A stretch of 64,000 nucleotides of DNA from the NCBI GenBank assembly GCA_963718875.1, contig OY970378.1, positions 872,265 to 936,264 on the forward strand. Direction: 5' to 3'. Below, in pieces: positions 9,069-17,363 of the stretch (the first letter of the stretch is position 1; the number at the start of each line of letters is the position of its first letter). The position numbers and the translations under genes are program-made. Origin of the DNA: Candidatus Parcubacteria bacterium (GTDB lineage: Bacteria > Patescibacteriota > Saccharimonadia > UBA4664 > JBIOIQ01). The notes under the pieces are model-generated. The model ran no database searches and was not told where the DNA came from. It saw nothing but the letters and a program-made list of their open reading frames with translations.

Positions 9069-10769
9069 CTACTTTTCATTAGACTCATCATCGGGAGTTT
9101 GAGATTCCTGATTTGGGGTTTTGCGCTTAGACCTGCCACGCCAATCGGTAATCATCAAGAATCCGCGCTGAGCCTTGGCAGTCCCGCTCCACACCCACCC
9201 CAGGGGCTTCCAAGCTGCAGCTTTACGCAGCCAGGCAATAAGGTGCGGCTCATGAGCTGTATGCGCAATCTGATGAGCTCCTTTTAGCCTTAGCCATTTT
9301 TCCCTACGCCAAGCTAAAAATAACACTACATTAATAATAGTTGCGACAATAAGCAGAACCACAACTAGCGGCAGCAGCAAGCGCTGGTACCAAGGAGGTG
9401 GAACTGGTTTTTTGAGTGCAGTGGCAGTAATAACTAATTTGAGGTCTGGCGATGGAGAACTTTCGGCGCCAACACTATTGACCCGACTAAAACGAATGGT
9501 GTAATTGCCTGGGAACAATTGCGGTTTATAAGTATATTCCCAAGTGATGCCATTGGCAAAGCCGCCGGCTCCTTTGTCTTTGGCCTTGGAAGCTTTTTTG
9601 TCTTTGGCTAAAAATTGTTCGAGCAGCTTACCATTTAAAAAGACTGATATGGTATCCCCTGCCTCCGACTGCCCAATATAGTTCATGGGTTGTAAAATAA
9701 CTAACGACGAAGGCCAAGTCAGTATCTTGGGAGGGGCAATGCCTGTAATTTCGAAGTCGGTTTTGGCTTCTTTTGTGTTACCGGCTTTGTCGTAGGCAGT
9801 TACTACAATGGTGTGTTTACCTGGGCGCTGTTTGGGGATGGCGTCGCCAGGATTTAAGGGAAAGGCTTCTCCATCATCAATTTTGGCTGTGTAGCGGTCG
9901 ATGCCAGAGATGCCGTCATTAGCTGTAAAACTTGCCTTGGGAGTAGGATTTGAAGCATTGCTGCCGTTGTCCATTTTGACGCTAAAATCATCTGGTGGGC
10001 TAGAATCTATATGAATATCAAAATGGACAGTGCTGCCACCGGTTTGATTAGAGCCTTTTAAATGGAAATACCAAGTCCCTTCATCTAGGTCGTATGAAGT
10101 ATTAATAGTGCCGTTATTGGGACTATTTGGAACGGTGCCTGGGTTACGGTCAACCGCAAATGAGTAATTACCAACGGCCGTTGTAGCAAACCAATTTAGC
10201 TCCACGCGGCGGCTGGTATACCATTGGTTTTCGTTGGGATGAGTTCTGGAGTTTACTGTCAGTAAGGGCACCGGGGGCTTAGGAGTGTTAACGGTAAAAG
10301 TGGCGCCACTGGAGCAGCACAATACATTTGTACCCATGCCATCATTGGCCAGTATTTGACTACCGGCCACATTGACGGTATACGTGCCTGGCGTGGTGGC
10401 ATTAAATATTACGGTCACAACGCGTCCGCCGCTGCCGTTGTAGCCAGGGTTAGACAGCCCACCCGAAAAATAAACTGACGAGCCTGAACCAACAGGCCCG
10501 GCACCTCCCCCACTGGCCCAAGTGGTAAATATTGAGCCCGAGGTAGAGGCAAATGAATATTGTAAGCCGGGGGTCCAGGTAACGGTGGCTTCACCAGCAT
10601 TAATAGCTTGGCCGCCTGAGTTAATCATTATACCCACGCGAATCACGTCGCCAACATTGTAGGCGCCAGAGGATGGTGAAGCGTAAAAGCTGGCGTTGGC
10701 GGCGGCACGGGCTGTGGGGGCCGGGATAAGGCTAGCCGATAAGGAAGAAACGAAAACGGCTAGTAGCAT
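9069..10769 (-). CDS. Large surface protein: signal peptide, N-terminal cohesin-like domain, Ig-like repeats, C-terminal TM helix and cytoplasmic tail. ORF runs to 10913; likely start at MLLAVFVSS.
   Basis: Cohesin-like segment GDVIRVGIMINSGGQAINAGEATVTWTPGLQYSF...GRVVTVIFNATTPGTYTV. TM LLLPLVVVLLIVATIINVVLFLAW near the C-terminus. Confidence 0.55.
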   Translation of the reverse strand: MLLAVFVSSLSASLIPAPTARAAANASFYASPSSGAYNVGDVIRVGIMINSGGQAINAGEATVTWTPGLQYSFASTSGSIFTTWASGGGAGPVGSGSSVYFSGGLSNPGYNGSGGRVVTVIFNATTPGTYTVNVAGSQILANDGMGTNVLCCSSGATFTVNTPKPPVPLLTVNSRTHPNENQWYTSRRVELNWFATTAVGNYSFAVDRNPGTVPNSPNNGTINTSYDLDEGTWYFHLKGSNQTGGSTVHFDIHIDSSPPDDFSVKMDNGSNASNPTPKASFTANDGISGIDRYTAKIDDGEAFPLNPGDAIPKQRPGKHTIVVTAYDKAGNTKEAKTDFEITGIAPPKILTWPSSLVILQPMNYIGQSEAGDTISVFLNGKLLEQFLAKDKKASKAKDKGAGGFANGITWEYTYKPQLFPGNYTIRFSRVNSVGAESSPSPDLKLVITATALKKPVPPPWYQRLLLPLVVVLLIVATIINVVLFLAWRREKWLRLKGAHQIAHTAHEPHLIAWLRKAAAWKPLGWVWSGTAKAQRGFLMITDWRGRSKRKTPNQESQTPDDESNEK

Positions 10770-10909
10770 AAATGAGCGACCCCACGACCTTCGCGCTTGA
10801 ATCCAGTTCAAGGAAGAACCGAGAACCACAGAGAGGCGTACCCGGAAGTACGCTGACCGAGGATCGCAGGCTCTGACGACGAAATGGGCCAAGCGAGTAG
10901 GTCGTAATG

Positions 10910-11440
10910 TCATTTGATGTCTACCTCGATGGGCTTGAGCTGCAAGGGAATTGAGGTACCCAAACCATCATTAAGTTTTACGGCGGTATTACCCGTAAAA
11001 GTTAGTTTGGTTTTGAGGGGTTTTTTAGCCACCAGGGTTACACTACCAACTTTGCCTTGGCCGCGAAAACCAGGGTTAAAAATGCCACCCACAAAACTAA
11101 TGTCGCCGCTGGTATTAGAAAATTTTGGTTCATTGGGAACCCAAATAGTAAAGAATGTCTGATCCTTGCTGATGGAATCTACCTGGACCACCTTGGGGTC
11201 AAACTTTAAATATATCTCAGCCGCATTAATGGTTTGGCCAGCGGTATCAATAACAATTGGTAGTGTTAATCGGTGGTTACTACCCGAAACGGGCTGAGGT
11301 GCAGTAATAGTGGCCTCTCTCGAGGTTGGGGTTTTATTAAATAGCAAATAGCCGCCTATGACTGATATGCCAAACAGGGCAATAAAATGCCAGCGGCGGT
11401 GAGTTGGACGATTTGGTTGAGGTTTTCCCACAGTATCCAT
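10910..11440 (-). CDS. Membrane-anchored cohesin-domain protein
   Basis: N-terminal TM (WHFIALFGISVIGGYLLF). Cohesin-like LTLPIVIDTAGQTINAAEIYLKFDPKVVQVDSI...GDISFVGGIFNPGFRGQGKVGSVTLVAKK. 4-nt overlap with the downstream gene. Confidence 0.6.
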   Translation of the reverse strand: MDTVGKPQPNRPTHRRWHFIALFGISVIGGYLLFNKTPTSREATITAPQPVSGSNHRLTLPIVIDTAGQTINAAEIYLKFDPKVVQVDSISKDQTFFTIWVPNEPKFSNTSGDISFVGGIFNPGFRGQGKVGSVTLVAKKPLKTKLTFTGNTAVKLNDGLGTSIPLQLKPIEVDIK

Positions 11441-11504
11441 AAAACGCTTATGTCTATAATACCGTAAACGGAAGAATACTCAACCTTAGGAAGCGTTTAT
11501 TCTA

Positions 11505-11627
11505 ATTGTCATCCTGAAGAGGAAGGCCAGTATCAAATCGCTCGATGCGCCGTGGAGCATGGCCGCACCTACTGTTCAGGATCTCTTCTCTAGATTAAGA
11601 GGCCCTGAAACAAGTTCAGGGTGACAA
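11505..11627. repeat. MITE-like intergenic repeat, copy B. Terminal inverted repeats ATTGTCATCCTGAA / TTCAGGGTGACAAT, core GGATCTCTTCTCTAGATTAAGAGG.
   Basis: Core is 24/25 identical to 26373-26397. The TCTTCAGGATGACA end motif is shared with 26450-26466 and 34581-34598. Confidence 0.5.
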
Positions 11628-11701
11628 TTTTGGAGGTTCTTGGAGACAAAAGTGAGGGCAGTTCAGACACTTTTCTCGACAGAAATGATCCTTTTGTGAC
11701 A

Positions 11702-11749
11702 CGCTCCCGCCCACCCCAAGTGCTCAAAGTTTATTTTGAGCACTTGGGG
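11702..11749. repeat. Repeat element with a perfect 15-bp stem hairpin (CCCCAAGTGCTCAAA-GTTTAT-TTTGAGCACTTGGGG). Its first 27 bp (CGCTCCCGCCCACCCCAAG[T/C]GCTCAAA) recur at 12831-12858.
   Basis: Direct inspection. The two copies bracket a ~1.1 kb segment containing the high-GC ORF 12351..12800. Confidence 0.55.
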
Positions 11750-11857
11750 TGAGTAGAATAACAAAGGCCTTTACTGTTTCTTGACAAATTAAACTTCTTA
11801 TGCTACACTACTTGTTGTATCTGGAAATTCCAGGTAGCACATGCAAAAGGAGCAGTC

Positions 11858-12097
11858 ATGCTCAAGCACGAACTTGAACAAAAGTTTATGCTAACTTTCA
11901 GTTTTGCAAGCAACTGCAAAAGCCGTAAAGGAAACCAGCTGTGGATCGCTTCGGGTATTTACATCGAGGGAGACGGGTGGTGTGACCACGCATACTGGAC
12001 TTGCATCCGTGCTATAGTCAACCCCGCCACAAACGAGGTATATTCTTACTCTATCGAAGAGGATGATTGGCCTACCGGGCCAATGTATAACCCCTAG
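11858..12097 (+). CDS. Hypothetical small Cys-containing protein
   Basis: 79-aa ORF lying between the two 27-bp repeats. No recognisable domain. Confidence 0.3.
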   Translation: MLKHELEQKFMLTFSFASNCKSRKGNQLWIASGIYIEGDGWCDHAYWTCIRAIVNPATNEVYSYSIEEDDWPTGPMYNP

Positions 12098-12350
12098 ACT
12101 GCAGTTCCTGCGAAATTGATCTGAAATCCAAGGATACACCTTGTGCGGTACCGATTTACGAAGTAACATCTTTTTGCATCACCCGAGGGACTAGTCTCTC
12201 AAAAGCGGTTGCTGTTGCACCGCCTTTTCTCAAGCTTTCAACCGACTGGTTGACGTCTTAAGAGAAGTTCCAGCACTTTTTATTGACGTATCCGATATTT
12301 TTATGCCATAATACTTTTGACCAAATTGCTCTCTCAAGGATGTCGACAAC

Positions 12351-12800
12351 ATGACCACAAGCACCTGGGTTGGATTCGACCGCGCCCTCGCCGTAGCACT
12401 GGAGCAGTACATCAAGCCGCAACTCTCCGTGAACTTCTTCGGCCCACTCTCAGTTGCCCAGCTGCTGGAGGCCGGTTACGGAGTGTACATCTCCGGCGAC
12501 CTCAAGGACACCAAGGTTCTCGTAGTCTACCAAGACGACGAGGGCAACACATGCGTTCGCCTCGGCAACCTCCTCGCAACCATCGCGGCAAACGTGATGT
12601 CCGCCCATGACACCAAGACCCTCGCTCAACCAGATGGCGATTGGGTCTGCGTTGGCGCCACCACGTTGACCCTCTGCTCTGCCTACGGCACCATCCCTGG
12701 CAGGGTCATCTACGTCCTCGATCAGGTCACGGATTTGGGAATTTCCGGCTTCGTCGCCGGCTACCGCGCCGGCCACTGGGATGGCGGGATCGTTCCCTAG
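12351..12800 (+). CDS. Hypothetical protein encoded in a high-GC island
   Basis: 149-aa ORF with GC-rich codons, in contrast to the flanking sequence. Many overlapping alternative-frame ORFs, typical of high GC. No recognisable domain. Confidence 0.45.
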   Translation: MTTSTWVGFDRALAVALEQYIKPQLSVNFFGPLSVAQLLEAGYGVYISGDLKDTKVLVVYQDDEGNTCVRLGNLLATIAANVMSAHDTKTLAQPDGDWVCVGATTLTLCSAYGTIPGRVIYVLDQVTDLGISGFVAGYRAGHWDGGIVP

Positions 12801-12830
12801 CTAGGCAATTTGGGCATGGGAGCGCTACTC

Positions 12831-12858
12831 GCGCTCCCGCCCACCCCAAGCGCTCAAA
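12831..12858. repeat. Second (truncated) copy of the 27-bp repeat GCGCTCCCGCCCACCCCAAGCGCTCAAA
   Basis: 26/27 identical to 11702-11728. The hairpin is only partly retained. Confidence 0.5.
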
Positions 12859-12895
12859 TATTTTTGAGAATTTAGGCTAGGATTAATAAGAGCTA

Positions 12896-13243
12896 TTAAT
12901 ACCGCAACAAACCTCTTCGCTTTAGTTCACTGAATACAGCAACATAGTATGCTGGGTGTTTTTGCCAATCCGAAGGGGTTGAGCTATTTACTATTGCAAT
13001 AATATCTTCGTCAGTAGCGGGCGTTTCGCCTGCACCGAGTAACTTTTCACGAGAACCAACATTGTGAAGTACCCCAGGTTGCAACTCAATCATTCCAGCC
13101 AAGACATCCATCATTTCGCCAAGCTTTTTTTCGTCTATGCCAGGCTCAATATAAGCATTAAACTCGGGCTCATCGGCTTTCCCTCCAGAGCCAGCGTCTG
13201 GTTCTATTCTTTTACCGCCCGGAAATTCAATAAGTTCTCCCAT
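12896..13243 (-). CDS. Hypothetical acidic protein
   Basis: 115-aa ORF, directly downstream of 13256..13747. Confidence 0.4.
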   Translation of the reverse strand: MGELIEFPGGKRIEPDAGSGGKADEPEFNAYIEPGIDEKKLGEMMDVLAGMIELQPGVLHNVGSREKLLGAGETPATDEDIIAIVNSSTPSDWQKHPAYYVAVFSELKRRGLLRY

Positions 13244-13255
13244 GACTAAAGCCTA

Positions 13256-13747
13256 TTACAGATATCTTCCGCCACCTTCGACGCTTGTATCTCTTTTTTT
13301 GTCACCAATAGCCACTTGTGCTTTAGCTCGTCTGTCTCCAAGCTTTTTAGTTTCTTCTGCAATAAAACGTTCATAGTTGGGGTTATTCATGGCTGCTAGC
13401 TCAGCCAAGCACTCTTCCACCAGCTGTAAATGATATTCAATGTCGCCAGTAGCCCTTCCCGCCTCAACATCCTCGATATAACGGTCAATGGTTCCACTGT
13501 TTACATATGCGGCAGATACAACTGATGTATCCCTAGGTGACTCAGCAACAGTCGCCCCGCTTATAGATGCCATTTCAGGATATTCGGCTAACAGAGCTTC
13601 ATCTAAATCAAATTTGGCAATATTCGGATCGTATAAAGCTTCATTAGGGTCAATTTCAACTTCTTCATCAATCGCGCCCAACCCCTCTACTGGACTGACT
13701 GCTTCCGCTCCGTCTGGATTAACTTCTCCTTCTTCTGGTCTTGGCAT
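13256..13747 (-). CDS. Hypothetical acidic protein
   Basis: 163-aa ORF, Asp/Glu-rich, no recognised domain. Confidence 0.45.
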   Translation of the reverse strand: MPRPEEGEVNPDGAEAVSPVEGLGAIDEEVEIDPNEALYDPNIAKFDLDEALLAEYPEMASISGATVAESPRDTSVVSAAYVNSGTIDRYIEDVEAGRATGDIEYHLQLVEECLAELAAMNNPNYERFIAEETKKLGDRRAKAQVAIGDKKRDTSVEGGGRYL

Positions 13748-13944
13748 ATAGATTATCCTCTATCTTTCTCGCATCCTCAAAAAAGATGCTTTGCGTCGCT
13801 ATTACATTATTTTGAAATCTTTTGCATCATACCAGTTAATCGAAACTGATATCAAGACTGGCCTTCGACTACGCTCAGGCAATAAAGCGATGGATCGAAA
13901 ACCGCTTCGAAAAGATCACAGTAGGCGAGTTTGCTATGACCAGA

Positions 13945-14772
13945 CTACCCCGTCCAGTAAAACAACATGATCGACAGGTCGGTAAGGTTGGTTTTGGTGT
14001 CATCATTAATATCAGCCGGTTTATTGATGTTGGATTGCAAGTAAAAGAACATGAGGATAGAAAAGTCGGTTAGGTTGACGCGGTTGTCGTTATTTAGGTC
14101 AGCCGAAAGTACCACCGTAAAACTGGCCGGAGGCGTTTGCGGGCTTTGGTTAGCACTCGGGTTTTGCACCACACTGCTGGCAGTGTAAGTACCAAGGTGC
14201 AAGGTTCCGGAAGGTGAGGTTTGCCAATTACCGATGGAATCGGACGGGCTGGTAGTTGCAAACGAATCGCTGTATTTTGCGCCGCTCCAAAAGGTTGTGA
14301 CCGTGGAGTCTTGGCGGGTTGTCCCAACTATTGATTGAATTTGGGGCCGTTTGATGGGGTTTTTAATAATCTGGAATGTGGTGGGCAGTAAATAGCCACT
14401 CAGGGTAGTGGTATAGGCAGGCAAAATCGTGACGTCATTACTAACAGTAGCCGAAACTCGGCCGGATACATCCGTGGCATGAATGCTGTAGGTGGCTAAC
14501 CCTTGGGATTGGTTGGTAAAAGTATTATCAAAACTGCTGTCAGCTCCTGCAGTTTGAGTGCCAATAACCACGCCGTTACGCTCAAACGTTACCAACGCCC
14601 CTGGCGAGGCCTCCCCTACAAACTGAACTCCCCCGTTTTGCACTGGCAGCTCAGCCCCAATAGTTGATTCCTCGGTAAGTGCTGTTATGGCCATAATGGG
14701 GGCGCTTAAAGAGCTGAAAAAAAATAAAGCCGCTAAGGCTGTTGACGGCTTAACGTTAAAACGGGCACGCAT
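13945..14772 (-). CDS. Secreted protein with a C-terminal type-I dockerin-like duplicated repeat
   Basis: Signal peptide. C-terminus ADLNNDNRVNLTDFSILMFFYL...ADINDDTKTNLTDLSIMLFYWTG is a tandem D-x-N-x-D-x-x-x-N-x-x-D Ca-binding repeat typical of dockerin. Start overlaps the stop of the upstream gene. Confidence 0.65.
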   Translation of the reverse strand: MRARFNVKPSTALAALFFFSSLSAPIMAITALTEESTIGAELPVQNGGVQFVGEASPGALVTFERNGVVIGTQTAGADSSFDNTFTNQSQGLATYSIHATDVSGRVSATVSNDVTILPAYTTTLSGYLLPTTFQIIKNPIKRPQIQSIVGTTRQDSTVTTFWSGAKYSDSFATTSPSDSIGNWQTSPSGTLHLGTYTASSVVQNPSANQSPQTPPASFTVVLSADLNNDNRVNLTDFSILMFFYLQSNINKPADINDDTKTNLTDLSIMLFYWTG

Positions 14773-15932
14773 TAGCGACCCTTAATTAAAACCCTGGCAG
14801 CCGACGCAAGACGCTTGCGCAAGACAAACAGCAACACAAGAATGACGATGGCCATAATTAGCACCCAGAGCGGGAAGGCCCAAAAAACAGTTTCAGCGGT
14901 CAAAATTTTGTTTTGCGATCCATAAACGGCTGCCACTTGGGCGCGGTAATATCCACCCCACAGCGACTTCGTAGGCCAAATCACACTAATACGACGTTCG
15001 CCCCCAGGAAATACATTGCGGGGGTCAAGCGCTACTTGATCAACCTTGCGTCCAAAAATATCATAAATCGTAACTGTTCCGGCTGGCTTAAAGTGAACGT
15101 TGCCGGAGTTTTTAAATACCAGATCGAAAGCAATGGGACCTTGATTAAAGTAGCTTTTGGGCTTTTCGTTATTTAGGTCCTCGCCCGAGGCCACGTAGAT
15201 TTTGGTCTTGCCGTCGGAGCCCGTAACTGTTTGCCAGTCCCCAATAAAATTTTTGGTGCGAAAGCTTTTAATACTGCCTGCTTCAGTAACAGCCCCACTA
15301 ACCTTCATCAGAATAAGCGAGCCAACTCGCTGAATTACGCTGGCGCCGGTAGAATTGGAACTTGCAGCCACGACGGGGTTGAATAATACAGTGGCAAAAT
15401 GACCGCCGGGCTCAGCATTTTTGGGAACACGGATAGTAAATGGAACCAGAGCTGACGATTTGGCAGCTAAAGGGATCTGAGTGGTTGTAAAACTAAACCA
15501 ACTGGCAAAGGCGTTAGTCTTTGCGTCATCCGCTACCTTTACCGACCCTTCAGTTCCTGCCACCGTAAAATCTTGAGCGCTGGCAGTTAGTGTTACGGCC
15601 GCATCAGACTCATTGGTTACCCGAATGGTGTTACTTAAGGTGTCTCCTGGGTTAGCGCTTAGTTCATAAGTGGGTGGAGATACAGTAATACCTTGGGTTG
15701 TGGCCGCCGATACCGGTTGGCCGATTGCTATTAAAGCGATAGAGGCCAGAATTAGGCTGCCAAAAGATTTTTTTATAGATAAGAAACTCACTAGGACTTT
15801 CTCACTTGAGTGCAGTTTGGATGCAAATATCGAGTACCGTAAACGAGGCGTAGTTGACCTACGTCGAGTGCGGAACGGAGATTTTGCGCCGAAATGTGCC
15901 AAGTGTGATAGTCCTATAGTACTTATGTTCAT
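14772..15932 (-). CDS. DUF916/DUF3324-like (CscA-like) membrane-anchored surface protein
   Basis: Motifs KNAEPGGHFATVLF and NSGNVHFKPAGTVTIYDIFGRKV. C-terminal TM plus RKRLASAARVLIKGR tail. Confidence 0.55.
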   Translation of the reverse strand: MNISTIGLSHLAHFGAKSPFRTRRRSTTPRLRYSIFASKLHSSEKVLVSFLSIKKSFGSLILASIALIAIGQPVSAATTQGITVSPPTYELSANPGDTLSNTIRVTNESDAAVTLTASAQDFTVAGTEGSVKVADDAKTNAFASWFSFTTTQIPLAAKSSALVPFTIRVPKNAEPGGHFATVLFNPVVAASSNSTGASVIQRVGSLILMKVSGAVTEAGSIKSFRTKNFIGDWQTVTGSDGKTKIYVASGEDLNNEKPKSYFNQGPIAFDLVFKNSGNVHFKPAGTVTIYDIFGRKVDQVALDPRNVFPGGERRISVIWPTKSLWGGYYRAQVAAVYGSQNKILTAETVFWAFPLWVLIMAIVILVLLFVLRKRLASAARVLIKGR

Positions 15933-15933
15933 T

Positions 15934-17036
15934 CTAAAAGGTTGGAGTGCAAGTGTAAACCACTTTCCCGGTATATGTACCCGCCGGCGAGAATACGGTA
16001 AAGCGCAGTCGATATCCTATATTAACCGCATCGCTGGCCACGCTGTTGTTGGCATGGGCTACTTCGGCATCGGTATTGGTGACCCCGGCAAATAAATTAT
16101 CGGCCGTCGTAAAGCGGTTAGCCACCCCAGATAAACTGGCGTCGCTAGTAGTATAGCCAAATAATTCAGCTGGTCCGCCAGGCGTAGCCGTTGGACTCGT
16201 GTTTGTTCCCGTCCAGTCAGGTATAGAAGCTGCTCCATTTTTTAATACATCGCCGGCGGTGGTAAACTTTTAATAGTTACTTGATAGCCGCTGCCAGCAT
16301 TAGTGCTAGTCGTAAGTGTTTGCGCACAATCATAGTCAGTGTTGGGTGATAATGGCTGAATAGCTGAGCCAAATGTGACGGAGGTAGCAGTATCATTACA
16401 AAGGCTAGCTGTGCTTAAGGCACCTTTATAAATAGTGGAAGCTGGAGTCCCGGTAACATTAAAAGTTAAGGTAGGATCGATAGTAAGGCTGACTGTAACG
16501 GCCACTACAATCACGTAGGCAATGGTGGCGGAGTCGACTTCGGTGGTGTAAGTATCATCAGAATAGGTAGTAAGTCGTACAAAATAAGTCCCGGGGTTGG
16601 TGGGATTTGTAACATTACTAAACACAATTTGTTGGGATCCCGTGGGAGCCGCCACATTCGAGCTATTTTTGATCTGAAGTGAGCTCGTAACAGAGTCATT
16701 GGTCCAGCCTGAAGAGTCGCCATAGCCCACCGGTTGGCTGGCAAGGGTGGCGGCGGATGCTGAAAAGCCAGTTGGAGCTACACAACTACCAGAGCTGGTA
16801 GTGCACATTTGAGCTCGGAAAGCCTTGAGTACCGTACTACTGCCGACGGTAAAACTATAACTGTAGGAAACGTTACTCTCGGTCGGCTGGGTGTCCGATA
16901 ACGATACGCTGGCGCTACTAATAGCACCAGCGGCGGCACTGGCCGAAACCCACAGAAGCTTACTGGCAACTAATACCAATAAAACAACAATAGTAGCGTG
17001 CAATCGCACGGGGTACTTGGATATTTGCTTAGTCAT
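15934..17036 (-). pseudogene. WxL-like surface protein paralog of 17364..18308, split by a frameshift at an A4/T4 tract (~16264-16273) into ORFs 16242..17036 and 15934..16125
   Basis: The N-terminal ORF ends ...GYQVTIKSLPPPAMY*. The other frame continues ...FTTAGDVLKNGAASIPDWTGTNTSPTATPGGPAELFGYTTSDASLSGVANRF... to ...GTYTGKVVYTCTPTF and is colinear with the paralog. Confidence 0.55.
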
Positions 17037-17310
17037 AGATGTTTATTTTACGGTTTTTGTTTTAATTACCGCTACTGCTAAGTTAACAAAACTATGGCTA
17101 CCCGTCAAGAATGCTTATGCTTTTAAAATCCTTTAAGGGAAAATTTTCAATGCGGCTTTGCATCATCATTCTTGTATAAGTCTAAGTTAGACTGCTTTTA
17201 AGCACTTTGAACACGTCTATGTTAGACTTATAGTAATAGTAGACGTATGGAGAAGAGCCTACTTATTCATACTTAAAAAGATCCCTCATGCTTTTGACTG
17301 TTAAAAATTG

Positions 17311-17344
17311 GTATCCAAAAAGCTGCCACTGGAAGCGACAGCTT
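17311..17344 (-). terminator. Candidate intrinsic terminator for the 17364 gene: AAAGCTG-13-nt loop-CAGCTTT, followed on the minus strand by TTGGATACCAATTTTTAAC
   Basis: 7-bp stem immediately downstream of the stop codon, followed by a T-rich tract. Confidence 0.45.
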
Positions 17345-17363
17345 TGATGGGTATTTGTTTACT

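Noticed and set aside
12317-12880. Overlapping ORFs 12317..12610, 12450..12776, 12641..12880 and similar ones at 19422..19825
   Set aside because: Arg/Pro/Gly-rich translations typical of out-of-frame reading of GC-rich DNA. Only one frame per island was kept (12351..12800; 19448..19897).
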